In this document: positions 38,283 through 47,358 of the stretch, one piece after another
Layout of the letters: each line of letters begins with the position of its first letter
Numbering within the stretch: position 1 is the stretch's first letter
DNA from: Chitinophagales bacterium
Lineage (GTDB): Bacteria; Bacteroidota; Bacteroidia; Chitinophagales; UBA10324
Direction: 5' to 3'
Length of the DNA: 64,000 nucleotides
NCBI GenBank assembly: GCA_025057275.1
Contig: JANWXQ010000019.1
Coordinates: forward strand, 2,254 to 66,253
Notes under the pieces: generated by a model
Seen by the model: only the letters and a program-made list of their open reading frames with translations
Database searches by the model: none
What the model was told of the DNA's origin: nothing
Program-made: the position numbers and the translations under genes

Positions 38283-39725
38283 ATGATGCGGTTGCTGAAT
38301 TACATTGACGGCCGGCTGCAGGAGCCGGTTCATGGCCGGTATCTGCCCAATTATCAGCCGGCTACCGGCGAGGCTTATAGCCTGGTTCCTGATTCCGATG
38401 CCGAAGATGTGGCTCAGGCCGTAGCAGCAGCCCAGCGAGCTTTTCGCCAATGGGCTGCTACTCCTGCCATGGACCGCTGTCGTCTGCTGCTGCGCATTGC
38501 CGACCGTATTGAGGAACGGCTGGACGATCTGGCCGCCATGGAATCGGCTGATCAGGGAAAGCCGGTGCGCCTGGCCCGAACAGTGGATATTCCCCGTGCT
38601 TCTGCCAACTTCCGTTTTTTTGCTACAGCAGCCGTACAATTCGCCAGCGAAGCGCACATGATGGAAAGCGGCGTGGTGAACTACACGCTGCGCCAGCCAT
38701 TGGGGGTGGTGGGCTGCATTTCACCCTGGAACCTGCCGCTATATCTATTCACGTGGAAAATTGCTCCTGCTCTGGCTGCCGGCAACTGTGTAGTGGGCAA
38801 GCCCAGCGAGTTCACCCCGTTGACGGCATTTGAGTTATCGCGTATTTGCATGGAAGTGGGGCTGCCGGCCGGTGTGCTGAACATCGTCCACGGAACCGGT
38901 CCGACCTGCGGCATGGCCATTGTTACCCATCCTGAGGTAAAAGCCATTTCCTTTACCGGCAGTACACGCGCCGGCCGCGAAATTGCCGCAGCAGCAGCGC
39001 CTCAGTTCAAAAAACTTTCGTTGGAACTGGGAGGAAAAAATCCGGTGCTGGTATTTGCCGACTGCGACTTTGATGCCATGCTGAACCGAACGGTGGCCGC
39101 TGCGTTTGACAACCAGGGCGAAATCTGTCTGTGCGGTTCCCGGATTTATGTGGAACGACCTTTATATGAAAAATTTCGTGAAGCTTTCGTGGAGCGTGTA
39201 CAAAAATTACGGGTTGGCAACCCGGCCGATCCGCATACCGATATGGGGGCAATTGTATCGCAACAGCATTTTGACAAAATCATGCATTACCTGTCGCTCG
39301 TTCCGCAGGAAGGAGGCCGCATCCTTTGCGGGGGGCAGGCCGTCCACCCGGAAGGTCCCCTGCGCAACGGATGGTACATCGCACCCACCGTGGTGGAAGG
39401 CATTACCCAGCAATGCCGCATCAATCAGGAAGAAATTTTCGGACCGGTAGTAACCTTACAGCCTTTTGAGACGGAGGAAGAGGCACTGCAAATGGCCAAC
39501 GACAGTGCATACGGCCTGGCAGCCGTCATCTGGACGCAGCATCTTTCGCGCGCCCACCGGTTGGCTGCCCGATTGGAAGCCGGCATCATCTGGATCAACT
39601 GCTGGATGCTGCGCGACCTGCGCACGCCGTTCGGCGGAATGAAGCAATCGGGCATAGGGCGGGAAGGCGGTTGGGAAGCTATGCGCTTTTTCACCGAACC
39701 CAGAAACGTTTGCGTTCATCCGTAA
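38283..39725 (+). CDS. NAD-dependent aldehyde dehydrogenase, ALDH8/2-aminomuconate-6-semialdehyde dehydrogenase-like
   Basis: ELGGKNP, catalytic Cys block QGEICLCGSR, plus VDIPRASANFRFFA and ISPWNLPLYLFTWKIAPALAAGN blocks that match my recollection of ALDH8A1/HMSD-type enzymes. Confidence 0.8.
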   Translation: MMRLLNYIDGRLQEPVHGRYLPNYQPATGEAYSLVPDSDAEDVAQAVAAAQRAFRQWAATPAMDRCRLLLRIADRIEERLDDLAAMESADQGKPVRLARTVDIPRASANFRFFATAAVQFASEAHMMESGVVNYTLRQPLGVVGCISPWNLPLYLFTWKIAPALAAGNCVVGKPSEFTPLTAFELSRICMEVGLPAGVLNIVHGTGPTCGMAIVTHPEVKAISFTGSTRAGREIAAAAAPQFKKLSLELGGKNPVLVFADCDFDAMLNRTVAAAFDNQGEICLCGSRIYVERPLYEKFREAFVERVQKLRVGNPADPHTDMGAIVSQQHFDKIMHYLSLVPQEGGRILCGGQAVHPEGPLRNGWYIAPTVVEGITQQCRINQEEIFGPVVTLQPFETEEEALQMANDSAYGLAAVIWTQHLSRAHRLAARLEAGIIWINCWMLRDLRTPFGGMKQSGIGREGGWEAMRFFTEPRNVCVHP

Positions 39726-39770
39726 CTGCAGTGTAACATTTGCTACCGCATGCCCCGGCCCGGGTAGCTG

Positions 39771-39778
39771 TACCTTTG
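39771..39778 (+). promoter_or_regulatory. Candidate -7 promoter element (TACCTTTG)
   Basis: Exact TAnnTTTG match 30 nt upstream of ATG 39808. Confidence 0.3.
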
Positions 39779-39807
39779 TTGGGCGCTGAGGCTGAATTCC
39801 CTTCGCC

Positions 39808-40752
39808 ATGCACGAATACCTTCAAATCATTTCCGACGCCTACACCGGCTACTGGAATTATCTGGTGAATGAGTTGCTGCATCCGTCATGGAATAATTAT
39901 TTCTACTGGTTGCTGGGGTTGTCCCTGGCCTGTTGGCTGCTGGAGCTAATCTTTCCCTGGCGAACGCAACAAGGTGCTTTTCGGAAAGATTTCTGGCTGG
40001 ATGGCTTTTACATGTTTTTTAACTTCTTCCTGTTCAGCCTTATCGCCTATAATGCCTTGTCTATGGTGGCCGTTGAGGCCTTTAACGATTTTCTCGCTTT
40101 GTTTGGCATTACCAATCTGGTAGCTATTCAGGTCCACATGCTGCCGGTATGGGCGCAGCTGCTCCTGTTGCTGGTGGTCAAGGATTTTATTGATTTTCAT
40201 GTGCACCGCCTGCTGCACCGAGTGCCCTGGCTGTGGGAGTTCCACAAAGTGCATCACTCCGTGGAGGAAATGGGTTTTGCCGCCCACCTGCGCTATCATT
40301 GGATGGAAACCATTGTTTATCGTACCTTTGAATACATTCCGCTGGCCATGATCGGCTTCGGAATCAACGATTTTCTGATCGTGCACATTTTCGCTTTGGC
40401 CATCGGGCATCTGAACCATTCCAACATTCCCTTGTCATGGGGGCCGTTGCGTTATGTATTAAACAGTCCGGCCATGCACATCTGGCATCATGCCAAATAC
40501 ATTCCATCGCGTTATGGCGTCAATTTCGGGCTGACCTTCAGCTTCTGGGATTACCTGTTTGGCACGGTATACTGGCCCCGCAGCGGCCGCGATGAACCGC
40601 TTGGTTTTGAAGATTCAGAGAAATTTCCCCAAACCTTTCTGGAACAAATCACACATCCATTCATAAAATTTCAGAAGAAACATGAAAACCCTTCTCACCC
40701 TGATGCTGAGCAGCATGGCTTTGATAAGCGCAGCGCAGCAGGCACTGCCTAA
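39808..40752 (+). CDS. Fatty acid hydroxylase / sterol desaturase superfamily membrane protein
   Basis: Multi-TM N-terminus and three histidine boxes (HRLLH, HKVHH, HIWHH). Confidence 0.8.
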   Translation: MHEYLQIISDAYTGYWNYLVNELLHPSWNNYFYWLLGLSLACWLLELIFPWRTQQGAFRKDFWLDGFYMFFNFFLFSLIAYNALSMVAVEAFNDFLALFGITNLVAIQVHMLPVWAQLLLLLVVKDFIDFHVHRLLHRVPWLWEFHKVHHSVEEMGFAAHLRYHWMETIVYRTFEYIPLAMIGFGINDFLIVHIFALAIGHLNHSNIPLSWGPLRYVLNSPAMHIWHHAKYIPSRYGVNFGLTFSFWDYLFGTVYWPRSGRDEPLGFEDSEKFPQTFLEQITHPFIKFQKKHENPSHPDAEQHGFDKRSAAGTA

Positions 40753-41059
40753 GTATCACAACATCTCCAACCGGGAAGCGGCCCGCCTGATGTTGTCTGA
40801 TCAGGTCGTTGTTCTGGACGTGCGCACGCCGGAAGAATACGCCTCCGGCCATTTGCCCAAAGCCCGGCTGATCAATTTCTACGATAAGAATTTTGCCGAG
40901 CAACTGGACAAACTGGATAAAAACAAAACCTACATCGTTTATTGCAAAGCCGGCGGTCGCTCTTCGAAGGCTTCGCAAATGCTGATTGACAAAGGGTTTA
41001 CCCGCGTGTACAATCTGGAACAGGGCTTTGACAAGTGGGATGGCGCCGTGGAGCAGTAA
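40682..41059 (+). CDS. Secreted single-domain rhodanese-like protein
   Basis: Signal peptide MKTLLTLMLSSMALISAAQQ; rhodanese fold with active-site loop YCKAGGRS. Confidence 0.8.
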   Translation: MKTLLTLMLSSMALISAAQQALPKYHNISNREAARLMLSDQVVVLDVRTPEEYASGHLPKARLINFYDKNFAEQLDKLDKNKTYIVYCKAGGRSSKASQMLIDKGFTRVYNLEQGFDKWDGAVEQ

Positions 41060-41065
41060 TGCACC

Positions 41066-41488
41066 ATGGACACTTCTTTTCTGTCTGACCAGGCTCCGGA
41101 GCCGGTAGGCGCGTATCCTCATGCCCGACGGGCAGGCAATCTGATGTTTCTTTCCGGCATCGGTCCCCGACAGACCGACAACAGCATTCCCGGAAACGTC
41201 TATGATGAACAGGGGAGGCTGATAGCCTACGATATAGCAGCGCAATGCCATGCCGTTTTCCGTAACGTGCAGGCTGTGCTGCAGGCCGCAGGCTGCCGCT
41301 GGGAGCAGCTGGTAGACGTAACCGTTTTCCTTACCAACATGAAAGACGATTTTCCGGTCATGAACCGGATTTATGCCGAGTATTTCCGCAGCCATCAGCC
41401 CTGCCGCACCACCGTTGAAGTCAAGTCATTGCCCACGCCCATCGCCATTGAGCTCAAATGCATAGCCTGGCTGGGCGATGCACTTTAA
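41066..41488 (+). CDS. RidA/YjgF/YER057c family protein (candidate 2-aminomuconate deaminase)
   Basis: APEPVGAYPHARRAGNLMFLSG, VTVFL and CRTTVEV blocks typical of RidA. Deaminase role is inferred from context next to kynA. Confidence 0.75.
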   Translation: MDTSFLSDQAPEPVGAYPHARRAGNLMFLSGIGPRQTDNSIPGNVYDEQGRLIAYDIAAQCHAVFRNVQAVLQAAGCRWEQLVDVTVFLTNMKDDFPVMNRIYAEYFRSHQPCRTTVEVKSLPTPIAIELKCIAWLGDAL

Positions 41489-41543
41489 CCGGTGCAATAG
41501 GCCACCATACCGTAACTTGCCGGAAGTAAACGGTTCTCCGTTT

Positions 41544-42596
41544 ATGGCTTCATCCGTTTATTACAAAAATTATCTGGAGCTGGACACCCTGCTGAATGCC
41601 CAGCATCCGGAAAGCGAAAAGGCCGGAAAACCGGCCCATGACGAGATGTTGTTCATCATCGTTCACCAGACCTATGAGCTGTGGTTTAAGCAAATTCTGC
41701 ACGAACTGAACAGCATACGCCACCTGTTCAGCCAACAGGCCATCAACGACAATGCCCCCGACATGCAGGTGGCGGTGCATCGGCTCAAAAGGGTGGCTGC
41801 CATTCTGCAGGTTCTGGTACATCAGATTGATGTGCTGGAAACCATGACGCCGCTGGATTTTCTGGACTTCAGAGATTTGTTGCGTCCTGCTTCGGGATTT
41901 CAGAGCTATCAGTTCAAGATCATTGAGGCAGTTCTGGGACTGAAGTTTGAACAGCGCTTCGAGCAAAACTATTATGTGTCGCACCTGAGGCCGGAAGAGC
42001 TGGAGCAGGTGCGGCAAGCCGAACGCCAACCCTCGCTGTTGCATCTGGTGCAGCTCTGGCTGGAACGCATGCCCTTTCTGTACCAGCCCGAATGGTGGAA
42101 CGATTACCATCCCGTTGCGCCCGGCAATGAAGCGGGCAATTTCTGGACCGACTATCGCTGGTTATACCAACAAAGCCTTTCGGCTGAAGAACAGAATAAT
42201 CTGGAATTTTTCGATGAAGTGTTGCTGCGGGGATCGTCGGCTCCGGGTCGGCTGACTCCGGCTGCCAGCCGATCGGCTTTATTCATCATGCTGTACCGTG
42301 ATTTTCCCATGTTGCAGCTTCCCTTTCAACTCATCAACACCTTACTCGACCTGGATGAGCTTATGGCCCTTTGGCGCTACCGCCATTTGAACATGGTGCA
42401 GCGCATGATCGGCTCGCGCATCGGCACGGGAGGCAGCAGCGGTAAACACTATTTGAAAGGAGCGCTGGAACGCCATTACATTTTTTCTGCCTTTGCCGAA
42501 CTCACCACCTTTCTGATCGAACGAAGCCGCCTGCCGCAGTTGCCGCTACAATTGCAACAGGCGCTGGGCTATTCGTTCGAACGCCGTGCACCCTGA
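41544..42596 (+). CDS. kynA: Tryptophan 2,3-dioxygenase
   Basis: YYKNYLELDTLLNAQ, HDEMLFIIVHQTYELWFKQ, GFQSYQFK and proximal-His region RYRHLNMVQRMIG...GTGGSSG. Confidence 0.9.
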   Translation: MASSVYYKNYLELDTLLNAQHPESEKAGKPAHDEMLFIIVHQTYELWFKQILHELNSIRHLFSQQAINDNAPDMQVAVHRLKRVAAILQVLVHQIDVLETMTPLDFLDFRDLLRPASGFQSYQFKIIEAVLGLKFEQRFEQNYYVSHLRPEELEQVRQAERQPSLLHLVQLWLERMPFLYQPEWWNDYHPVAPGNEAGNFWTDYRWLYQQSLSAEEQNNLEFFDEVLLRGSSAPGRLTPAASRSALFIMLYRDFPMLQLPFQLINTLLDLDELMALWRYRHLNMVQRMIGSRIGTGGSSGKHYLKGALERHYIFSAFAELTTFLIERSRLPQLPLQLQQALGYSFERRAP

Positions 42597-42934
42597 TTAC
42601 TGACAGTACTTCTGTTGACCGGGCATAACCCTGCTATGGCAGAAGCTCTCATGATAAATACGGAATGCGTTGTGGTGCACTGATTCCGGCGTTTATATAA
42701 ATTTGTAACTATTAAAATAAAATAATATTTGAGCTATTCACAGACTTTTCACCATGGGCCAGACCCGTTAACAAAATACAGCATATAAGATAACCTTATG
42801 CTACCGGCAATGACCGGTTACCCGAAAAAGGTTCCGAAGGAGCTGATGCCAGACAGGGCTATGCGTAGAGCATGCGTAAATTTTCTGTCAATCTCGCACC
42901 CCTTGCAAAGCCTTTTCCCGGAAAGGTCGGTAAA

Positions 42935-44062
42935 CTATTTGCTTTCCAATGCCGCCGGCGATCCAGAAAGCTCCTGACCGGCATGTGCATGGGATCTGTG
43001 CTTTCCCAAATAATAAACGAACTGCATGGCCAGAAACACCACAAAAAGGATACCCAGCACGAGTACTGCTACAGTATCGGTAAAGCGATCCCAACGCAAA
43101 CAAAGCGCCCCTGCTGCCACTGCAGCTACGGCCGATAATCCGCCCAGCACAAACACGACCTGACGTTCGCTTAAGCCTAGATACACCAGGTGATGCGAAA
43201 TGTGATCACGACCTCCGACAAACGGCGACTGACGGCGGCTCAACCGCCACAGTGTTACCGTACCAATATCTATCAGAGGCACTACAAACACGAGCACCGG
43301 CAGGGCAACATAACGAAGATAGGGTGCCTGTATTCCTTGTTCCGGATGGTTCCACAACACCGAAAGTCCGAGTCCGGCCAGACAAACGCCCAGTAGCTGA
43401 CTGCCCGTGTCACCCATGTAGATACGCGCCGGTTTCCAGTTTAACCGAAGAAATCCCAGCAATGCGCCCATCATGCCCACGGAAATGAGCACGTACGGCT
43501 CTGCCATCAAACCCCGCGCTGCAAGCACCAGCAGAAAACCGGACAGAACGAAAAAGCAAACCGTTGCGGCCACGCCGTCCATGTTATCCAGCATGTTGAT
43601 GGCATTCATCATGCCCACCACCCAGAACAGCGTCAGTGCCCCATCCAGCAGCGGATGACCGGTTAGAGCAATGGCCGTTCCGGTGAGCAATAAGGCAAAG
43701 CCGCACAGGAGCTGAACAGAGAATTTCAGCAGCGGAATGGTATCGTACGCATCATCGGCAAGGCCCAGGACAAAGCCCAGTGTGCAGGCCAGAAAAAGCC
43801 CCTGCAATTGGGGGCCGGTATCATGGATTTCTTCATGAACAAAAAACATATGCACCAACATGGACAGCAGAAGCAGCATGTAAAACGAAAAGCCGCCTAC
43901 AGAAGGTTTTAGTGAACTGGACCAACGGATAACGTGGCGATGGTTGCGCTGACGGCCGCCCAGGGTGCGTGAAAACCGGTAGAGCAGACTGTTAATCAGC
44001 CAGGAAAACAAAACCGAGCACAGAAAAAAAACGGCGTATAAAACGATGAGGCCAAAGGGCAT
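42935..44062 (-). CDS. MraY/WecA-family polyprenyl-phosphate sugar-1-phosphate transferase (GT4 family, polysaccharide initiating enzyme)
   Basis: About 11 TM helices, DD motif (LGLADDAYD), MMNAINMLDNMDG motif, YMGDTGS. Confidence 0.85.
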   Translation of the reverse strand: MPFGLIVLYAVFFLCSVLFSWLINSLLYRFSRTLGGRQRNHRHVIRWSSSLKPSVGGFSFYMLLLLSMLVHMFFVHEEIHDTGPQLQGLFLACTLGFVLGLADDAYDTIPLLKFSVQLLCGFALLLTGTAIALTGHPLLDGALTLFWVVGMMNAINMLDNMDGVAATVCFFVLSGFLLVLAARGLMAEPYVLISVGMMGALLGFLRLNWKPARIYMGDTGSQLLGVCLAGLGLSVLWNHPEQGIQAPYLRYVALPVLVFVVPLIDIGTVTLWRLSRRQSPFVGGRDHISHHLVYLGLSERQVVFVLGGLSAVAAVAAGALCLRWDRFTDTVAVLVLGILFVVFLAMQFVYYLGKHRSHAHAGQELSGSPAALESK

Positions 44063-44076
44063 ACAACACGAACGGT

Positions 44077-46521
44077 TTAAAACAACGAACGGACAAACTC
44101 CATCATGCGTCCAAACACACTTTGATTCTTGGGCCGTTCGTCGGTGTAGTAGTTATATGCATGCTGATGGTAGCCGTAGCCGTAACCATAGCCGAATCCG
44201 TAGCCATAACCGTAACCATAACCGTAGTTGTACGAGTACGCGCTGGCGCCTTCGCCCATATCGTTGAGCACTATAGCCAACCGGTTGATCTGATGGTCGT
44301 GATACAAATGATTGACGTTATTGAGAAAGCTGCGCGAGGAATAATCGGCGCGGATCAGGTAAATGGGTACATCAGCCTTCTTGATCAGGTTCAGCGCATC
44401 GGTAACAATCCCTACGGGAGGCGTGTCAATAACGAGCACATCATACACTTTTTTCAGTTCTTCCAGCAACTCTTCGGTGCGCGGCGAGGCGATAAACTCT
44501 GCCGGATTGGGCGGCAACGGTCCGGAGGTGATCACATCAAAATTTTCCCATTCCGTATGTTTTACGCACTCCTGCAGCGAATACTTGCCGATGATCAGCG
44601 TGCTGACGCCCCGCTGGTTATCCAGATTGAACGATTTATGCAACTGCGGTTTGCGCAAATCAAAATCCAGCAGCACGACTTTTTTACCTCCCAGCGCCAG
44701 AATGCCGGCCATATTCACCGCAATAAAGGTTTTACCCTCGCCGGCTACCGTTGACGTAACGGCCAGCAGGCGGGTGGTTTGATTGGGCGCCATGTACTCC
44801 AGGTTGGTGCGCATGGATCGGAAGCATTCCGAAATCACGGACTTGGGACGCTTATTGACTACCAGCTGCGATACGTCCATGGTCTGATTGTACTTGGGTA
44901 CCACCCCAAGTATGCTTGCATCGGTGTAACGTACGATTTCGTGCACCGAGAGGATTTTGTGGTGCAGCAGATAACGGATGATGATCAGCATCAGACAGCC
45001 GATAAGCCCGATGACGACACCCAGCAGCCGAATGAGTCCCACGTTGGGGAACACCGGCTTGCTGGATACATCGGCCCGTCGCAAAATGGTGTAATCCGAC
45101 ACATATCCGGCTTTGGAAATATCAAACGCTGATTTTTTGTCTAACAGCAGCAAAAAGTACTTTTCCTTCAGATCACTCAACCGGCGCAGGCGCATGTATT
45201 CGGCCGTAATACCCGGTACTTCACTGAACCGGCTGAGATAGGCCGTGATCTCCCGCTCGATGTTCTTCTTTTCTTCCAAAACTTTTTTCTGCTCGTTGGC
45301 AATACTGACCAGAATGTTGTTTTTCATCTCGGCAATCTGCTGCCGCAGGTTGATGATCATCGGATTGTTGGGCGCCAGATTGACGCTCAGCTCCTTCAGG
45401 TTGCTTTGCAGTCGGTCCAATGCCTGAATGTTTTCGTTCAACCCGGCATATTCCTTATCCATGATGCCGAACAACAATCGGGTGGAGTCCTGGTATTGAA
45501 GAAAATAGCGGCGGTAATATTCGAGCGCGCTGAGCTGCAGATTGAGTTTTTCTTCCCGTTCGCGAAGTTCCTTGAGCTCCCGGTTAATCTCCTCTTCCAT
45601 GGAGGTGATGGCAATACCGTTTTCCAGCTTGAATTGCGTCATCATATCTTCATAGGTGCGCAATTCGTTACTGATGGAATCCACCTGCTCGGCAATAAAA
45701 TTCAGAATGAGGGTGGCACTTTCCGTCTTTTTTTCCTTGTCGTACTGAATAAACACATTGCTGACCATGTTGACGATATCGGCCGCTTTCTGCGGCTTGC
45801 GGCTTCGCATCGCCAAACTCAGGGTCGGAGCCGAGGGAGCGATCTGCAGCGCCGACCGCAGCTCGTTATACAGCATGCTGCGGTTCCGGATTACGAAAAC
45901 GTATTCGGAATTCAGTATGCCTTTGTCATTTCCATTCAGATAACCCGGTCGCAGATGAACGGTAAGCTGGAGTGAACCGATTTTGTACGGAACACCAAAG
46001 CGATGGGTGGTCCAGTTTTCATCGCTGTAGGAAAAATTGAGTTGGTATTCGGAATCGGAAAGGATACGCAGATTGATGGGGGTTTCATATGCATAATCCC
46101 TTCCTGCGACGAAATCCACCTCAAACGGATTGTTCCGGTATAATTCTTCTTTTAATATCTTCCCTTTTCGGTAGTAGCTGACCGAAAGGTCCAGCGAGTC
46201 AATCACGCGATCCAGGATCACATTGGATTTCATAATCTGGATGTCTTTTTCAATATCCAGATTGGTGTGCTTGGTCTGAAACAAGCCGCTTTGGATATCC
46301 AGCGCCTGGGCAGTGTTTATCGGTTTGACGATCATGGAGGCATTCACCTCATACGTCGGCGGGGTATAGCGCAGGTACAACAGCGAAGAAGAAACGGTTA
46401 CCAGCATGATCAGCACGCACCAGATGAAGCTTTTCCTGACCATGATGACCAGCAGCGCGGGGTTAAAGTCTTCCCCGAATAAGCGCTGCAGCGGACTCAG
46501 TATCGCTTTGGATTCCTTCAT
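44077..46521 (-). CDS. wzc: Polysaccharide co-polymerase / bacterial tyrosine autokinase (Wzc/GumC type)
   Basis: N-terminal Wzz domain with two TM segments and a coiled-coil periplasmic region. Cytoplasmic kinase with Walker A (VAGEGKTF), A' (VVLLDFDLR) and B (VLVIDTPP). Tyr-rich C-terminal tail. Confidence 0.9.
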   Translation of the reverse strand: MKESKAILSPLQRLFGEDFNPALLVIMVRKSFIWCVLIMLVTVSSSLLYLRYTPPTYEVNASMIVKPINTAQALDIQSGLFQTKHTNLDIEKDIQIMKSNVILDRVIDSLDLSVSYYRKGKILKEELYRNNPFEVDFVAGRDYAYETPINLRILSDSEYQLNFSYSDENWTTHRFGVPYKIGSLQLTVHLRPGYLNGNDKGILNSEYVFVIRNRSMLYNELRSALQIAPSAPTLSLAMRSRKPQKAADIVNMVSNVFIQYDKEKKTESATLILNFIAEQVDSISNELRTYEDMMTQFKLENGIAITSMEEEINRELKELREREEKLNLQLSALEYYRRYFLQYQDSTRLLFGIMDKEYAGLNENIQALDRLQSNLKELSVNLAPNNPMIINLRQQIAEMKNNILVSIANEQKKVLEEKKNIEREITAYLSRFSEVPGITAEYMRLRRLSDLKEKYFLLLLDKKSAFDISKAGYVSDYTILRRADVSSKPVFPNVGLIRLLGVVIGLIGCLMLIIIRYLLHHKILSVHEIVRYTDASILGVVPKYNQTMDVSQLVVNKRPKSVISECFRSMRTNLEYMAPNQTTRLLAVTSTVAGEGKTFIAVNMAGILALGGKKVVLLDFDLRKPQLHKSFNLDNQRGVSTLIIGKYSLQECVKHTEWENFDVITSGPLPPNPAEFIASPRTEELLEELKKVYDVLVIDTPPVGIVTDALNLIKKADVPIYLIRADYSSRSFLNNVNHLYHDHQINRLAIVLNDMGEGASAYSYNYGYGYGYGYGFGYGYGYGYHQHAYNYYTDERPKNQSVFGRMMEFVRSLF
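44170..44238 (-). repeat. Imperfect hexanucleotide (GTARCC)n tandem repeat encoding the YSYNYGYGYGYGYGFGYGYGYGY tail of Wzc
   Basis: Read directly: gtagcc gtagcc gtaacc atagcc gaatcc gtagcc ataacc gtaacc ataacc gta... Confidence 0.9.
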
Positions 46522-47312
46522 TTGGCAACTACAGTATAAATAAACAGGGCAGTTGAAATCAGCGTCAGAAACGACAGATTCCGGTTCAGGACTTCGGCAG
46601 CCGAAACGCGGGTTTCGATATAGACCACATCATCGGCCTGCATTTTCAGGTTAGCCGACCGGATGCCTTCAACCGTGGACAGGTCTACATCAAAAACCGT
46701 CGGGTTATCCAGCGATCCGCGCAATACACGCACCCGGTAGGCTTTACCCCCTTCGGGAATACCACCGGCCAGAGCGATAATTTCCAGCAGATTCATATCA
46801 TCCCTTTGCATCAGAACCACCTGAGCTCCATAGCGCCCCCGAAACACCATGATGTTTCGGTTGGAAACCTCAAGGCGTACGAACGGATTAACAAAATAAT
46901 AGGAATAACGCTGGGCCAGCAATTGTTCGGCTGCGTAAATGGTCATGCCACCCAAAAGAACACTGTCCAGCATAGGCAAATGGGCATAGCCGTTCTGGCG
47001 AATCTGATAGCGCAAGACCGTTGTTCCCACTCCGCCCTGCCGCAGCACGTCCACCAGTTCGTAACCGTTGTTGGCATAAACACCCAGCGTAACCTCATCA
47101 CCGGGCCGCAGCACGTATTCCTGCTGCGTCTTAAGGGTGTCAGCCCTGGCCAGCAGGTCTTTATCTGTTTTCATGAGCCGTTCCGGCATGTATGCTCTGC
47201 ACCCTGAAAGCATCGCCAGCACCAGCGGAATCAAAGCCCCATTCCGGAATGCCTCAAAAGCCCATCGGCCTGCGATCTGCGTTTCCCTTTTTACCGTCCT
47301 GTGTTTGAACAC
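46518..47312 (-). CDS. wza: Polysaccharide export outer-membrane lipoprotein (Wza/Poly_export family)
   Basis: Lipobox (AMLSGC), YVLRPGDEVTL motif, SLBB-like C-terminal part. GTG start at 47312. The stop overlaps the wzc ATG (ATGA). Confidence 0.8.
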   Translation of the reverse strand: MFKHRTVKRETQIAGRWAFEAFRNGALIPLVLAMLSGCRAYMPERLMKTDKDLLARADTLKTQQEYVLRPGDEVTLGVYANNGYELVDVLRQGGVGTTVLRYQIRQNGYAHLPMLDSVLLGGMTIYAAEQLLAQRYSYYFVNPFVRLEVSNRNIMVFRGRYGAQVVLMQRDDMNLLEIIALAGGIPEGGKAYRVRVLRGSLDNPTVFDVDLSTVEGIRSANLKMQADDVVYIETRVSAAEVLNRNLSFLTLISTALFIYTVVAK

Positions 47313-47358
47313 CCGGAATAAACGATGCCCGCGGCTATAAAGTTACGGTTTCTGGGGC

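Noticed and set aside
42826-42850. Weak resemblance of aaaaaggttccgaaggagctgatgcc to the SRP RNA domain IV motif (GGUCCGGAAGGAAGCAGC)
   Set aside because: The tetraloop would be GAA rather than GGAA. The flanking sequence does not form the long helix 5/8 pairing, and the symmetric-loop nucleotides are not matched. It is probably coincidence.
42798-42977. 59-aa ORF (MLPAMTGYPKKVPKELMPDRAMRRACVNFLSISHPLQSLFPERSVNYLLSNAAGDPESS) in the long convergent spacer
   Set aside because: It has no signal peptide, TM segment or motif, overlaps the 3' end of the WecA-like gene, and shows no upstream promoter-like element in the right position. I keep it only as a remote possibility under the spacer finding.
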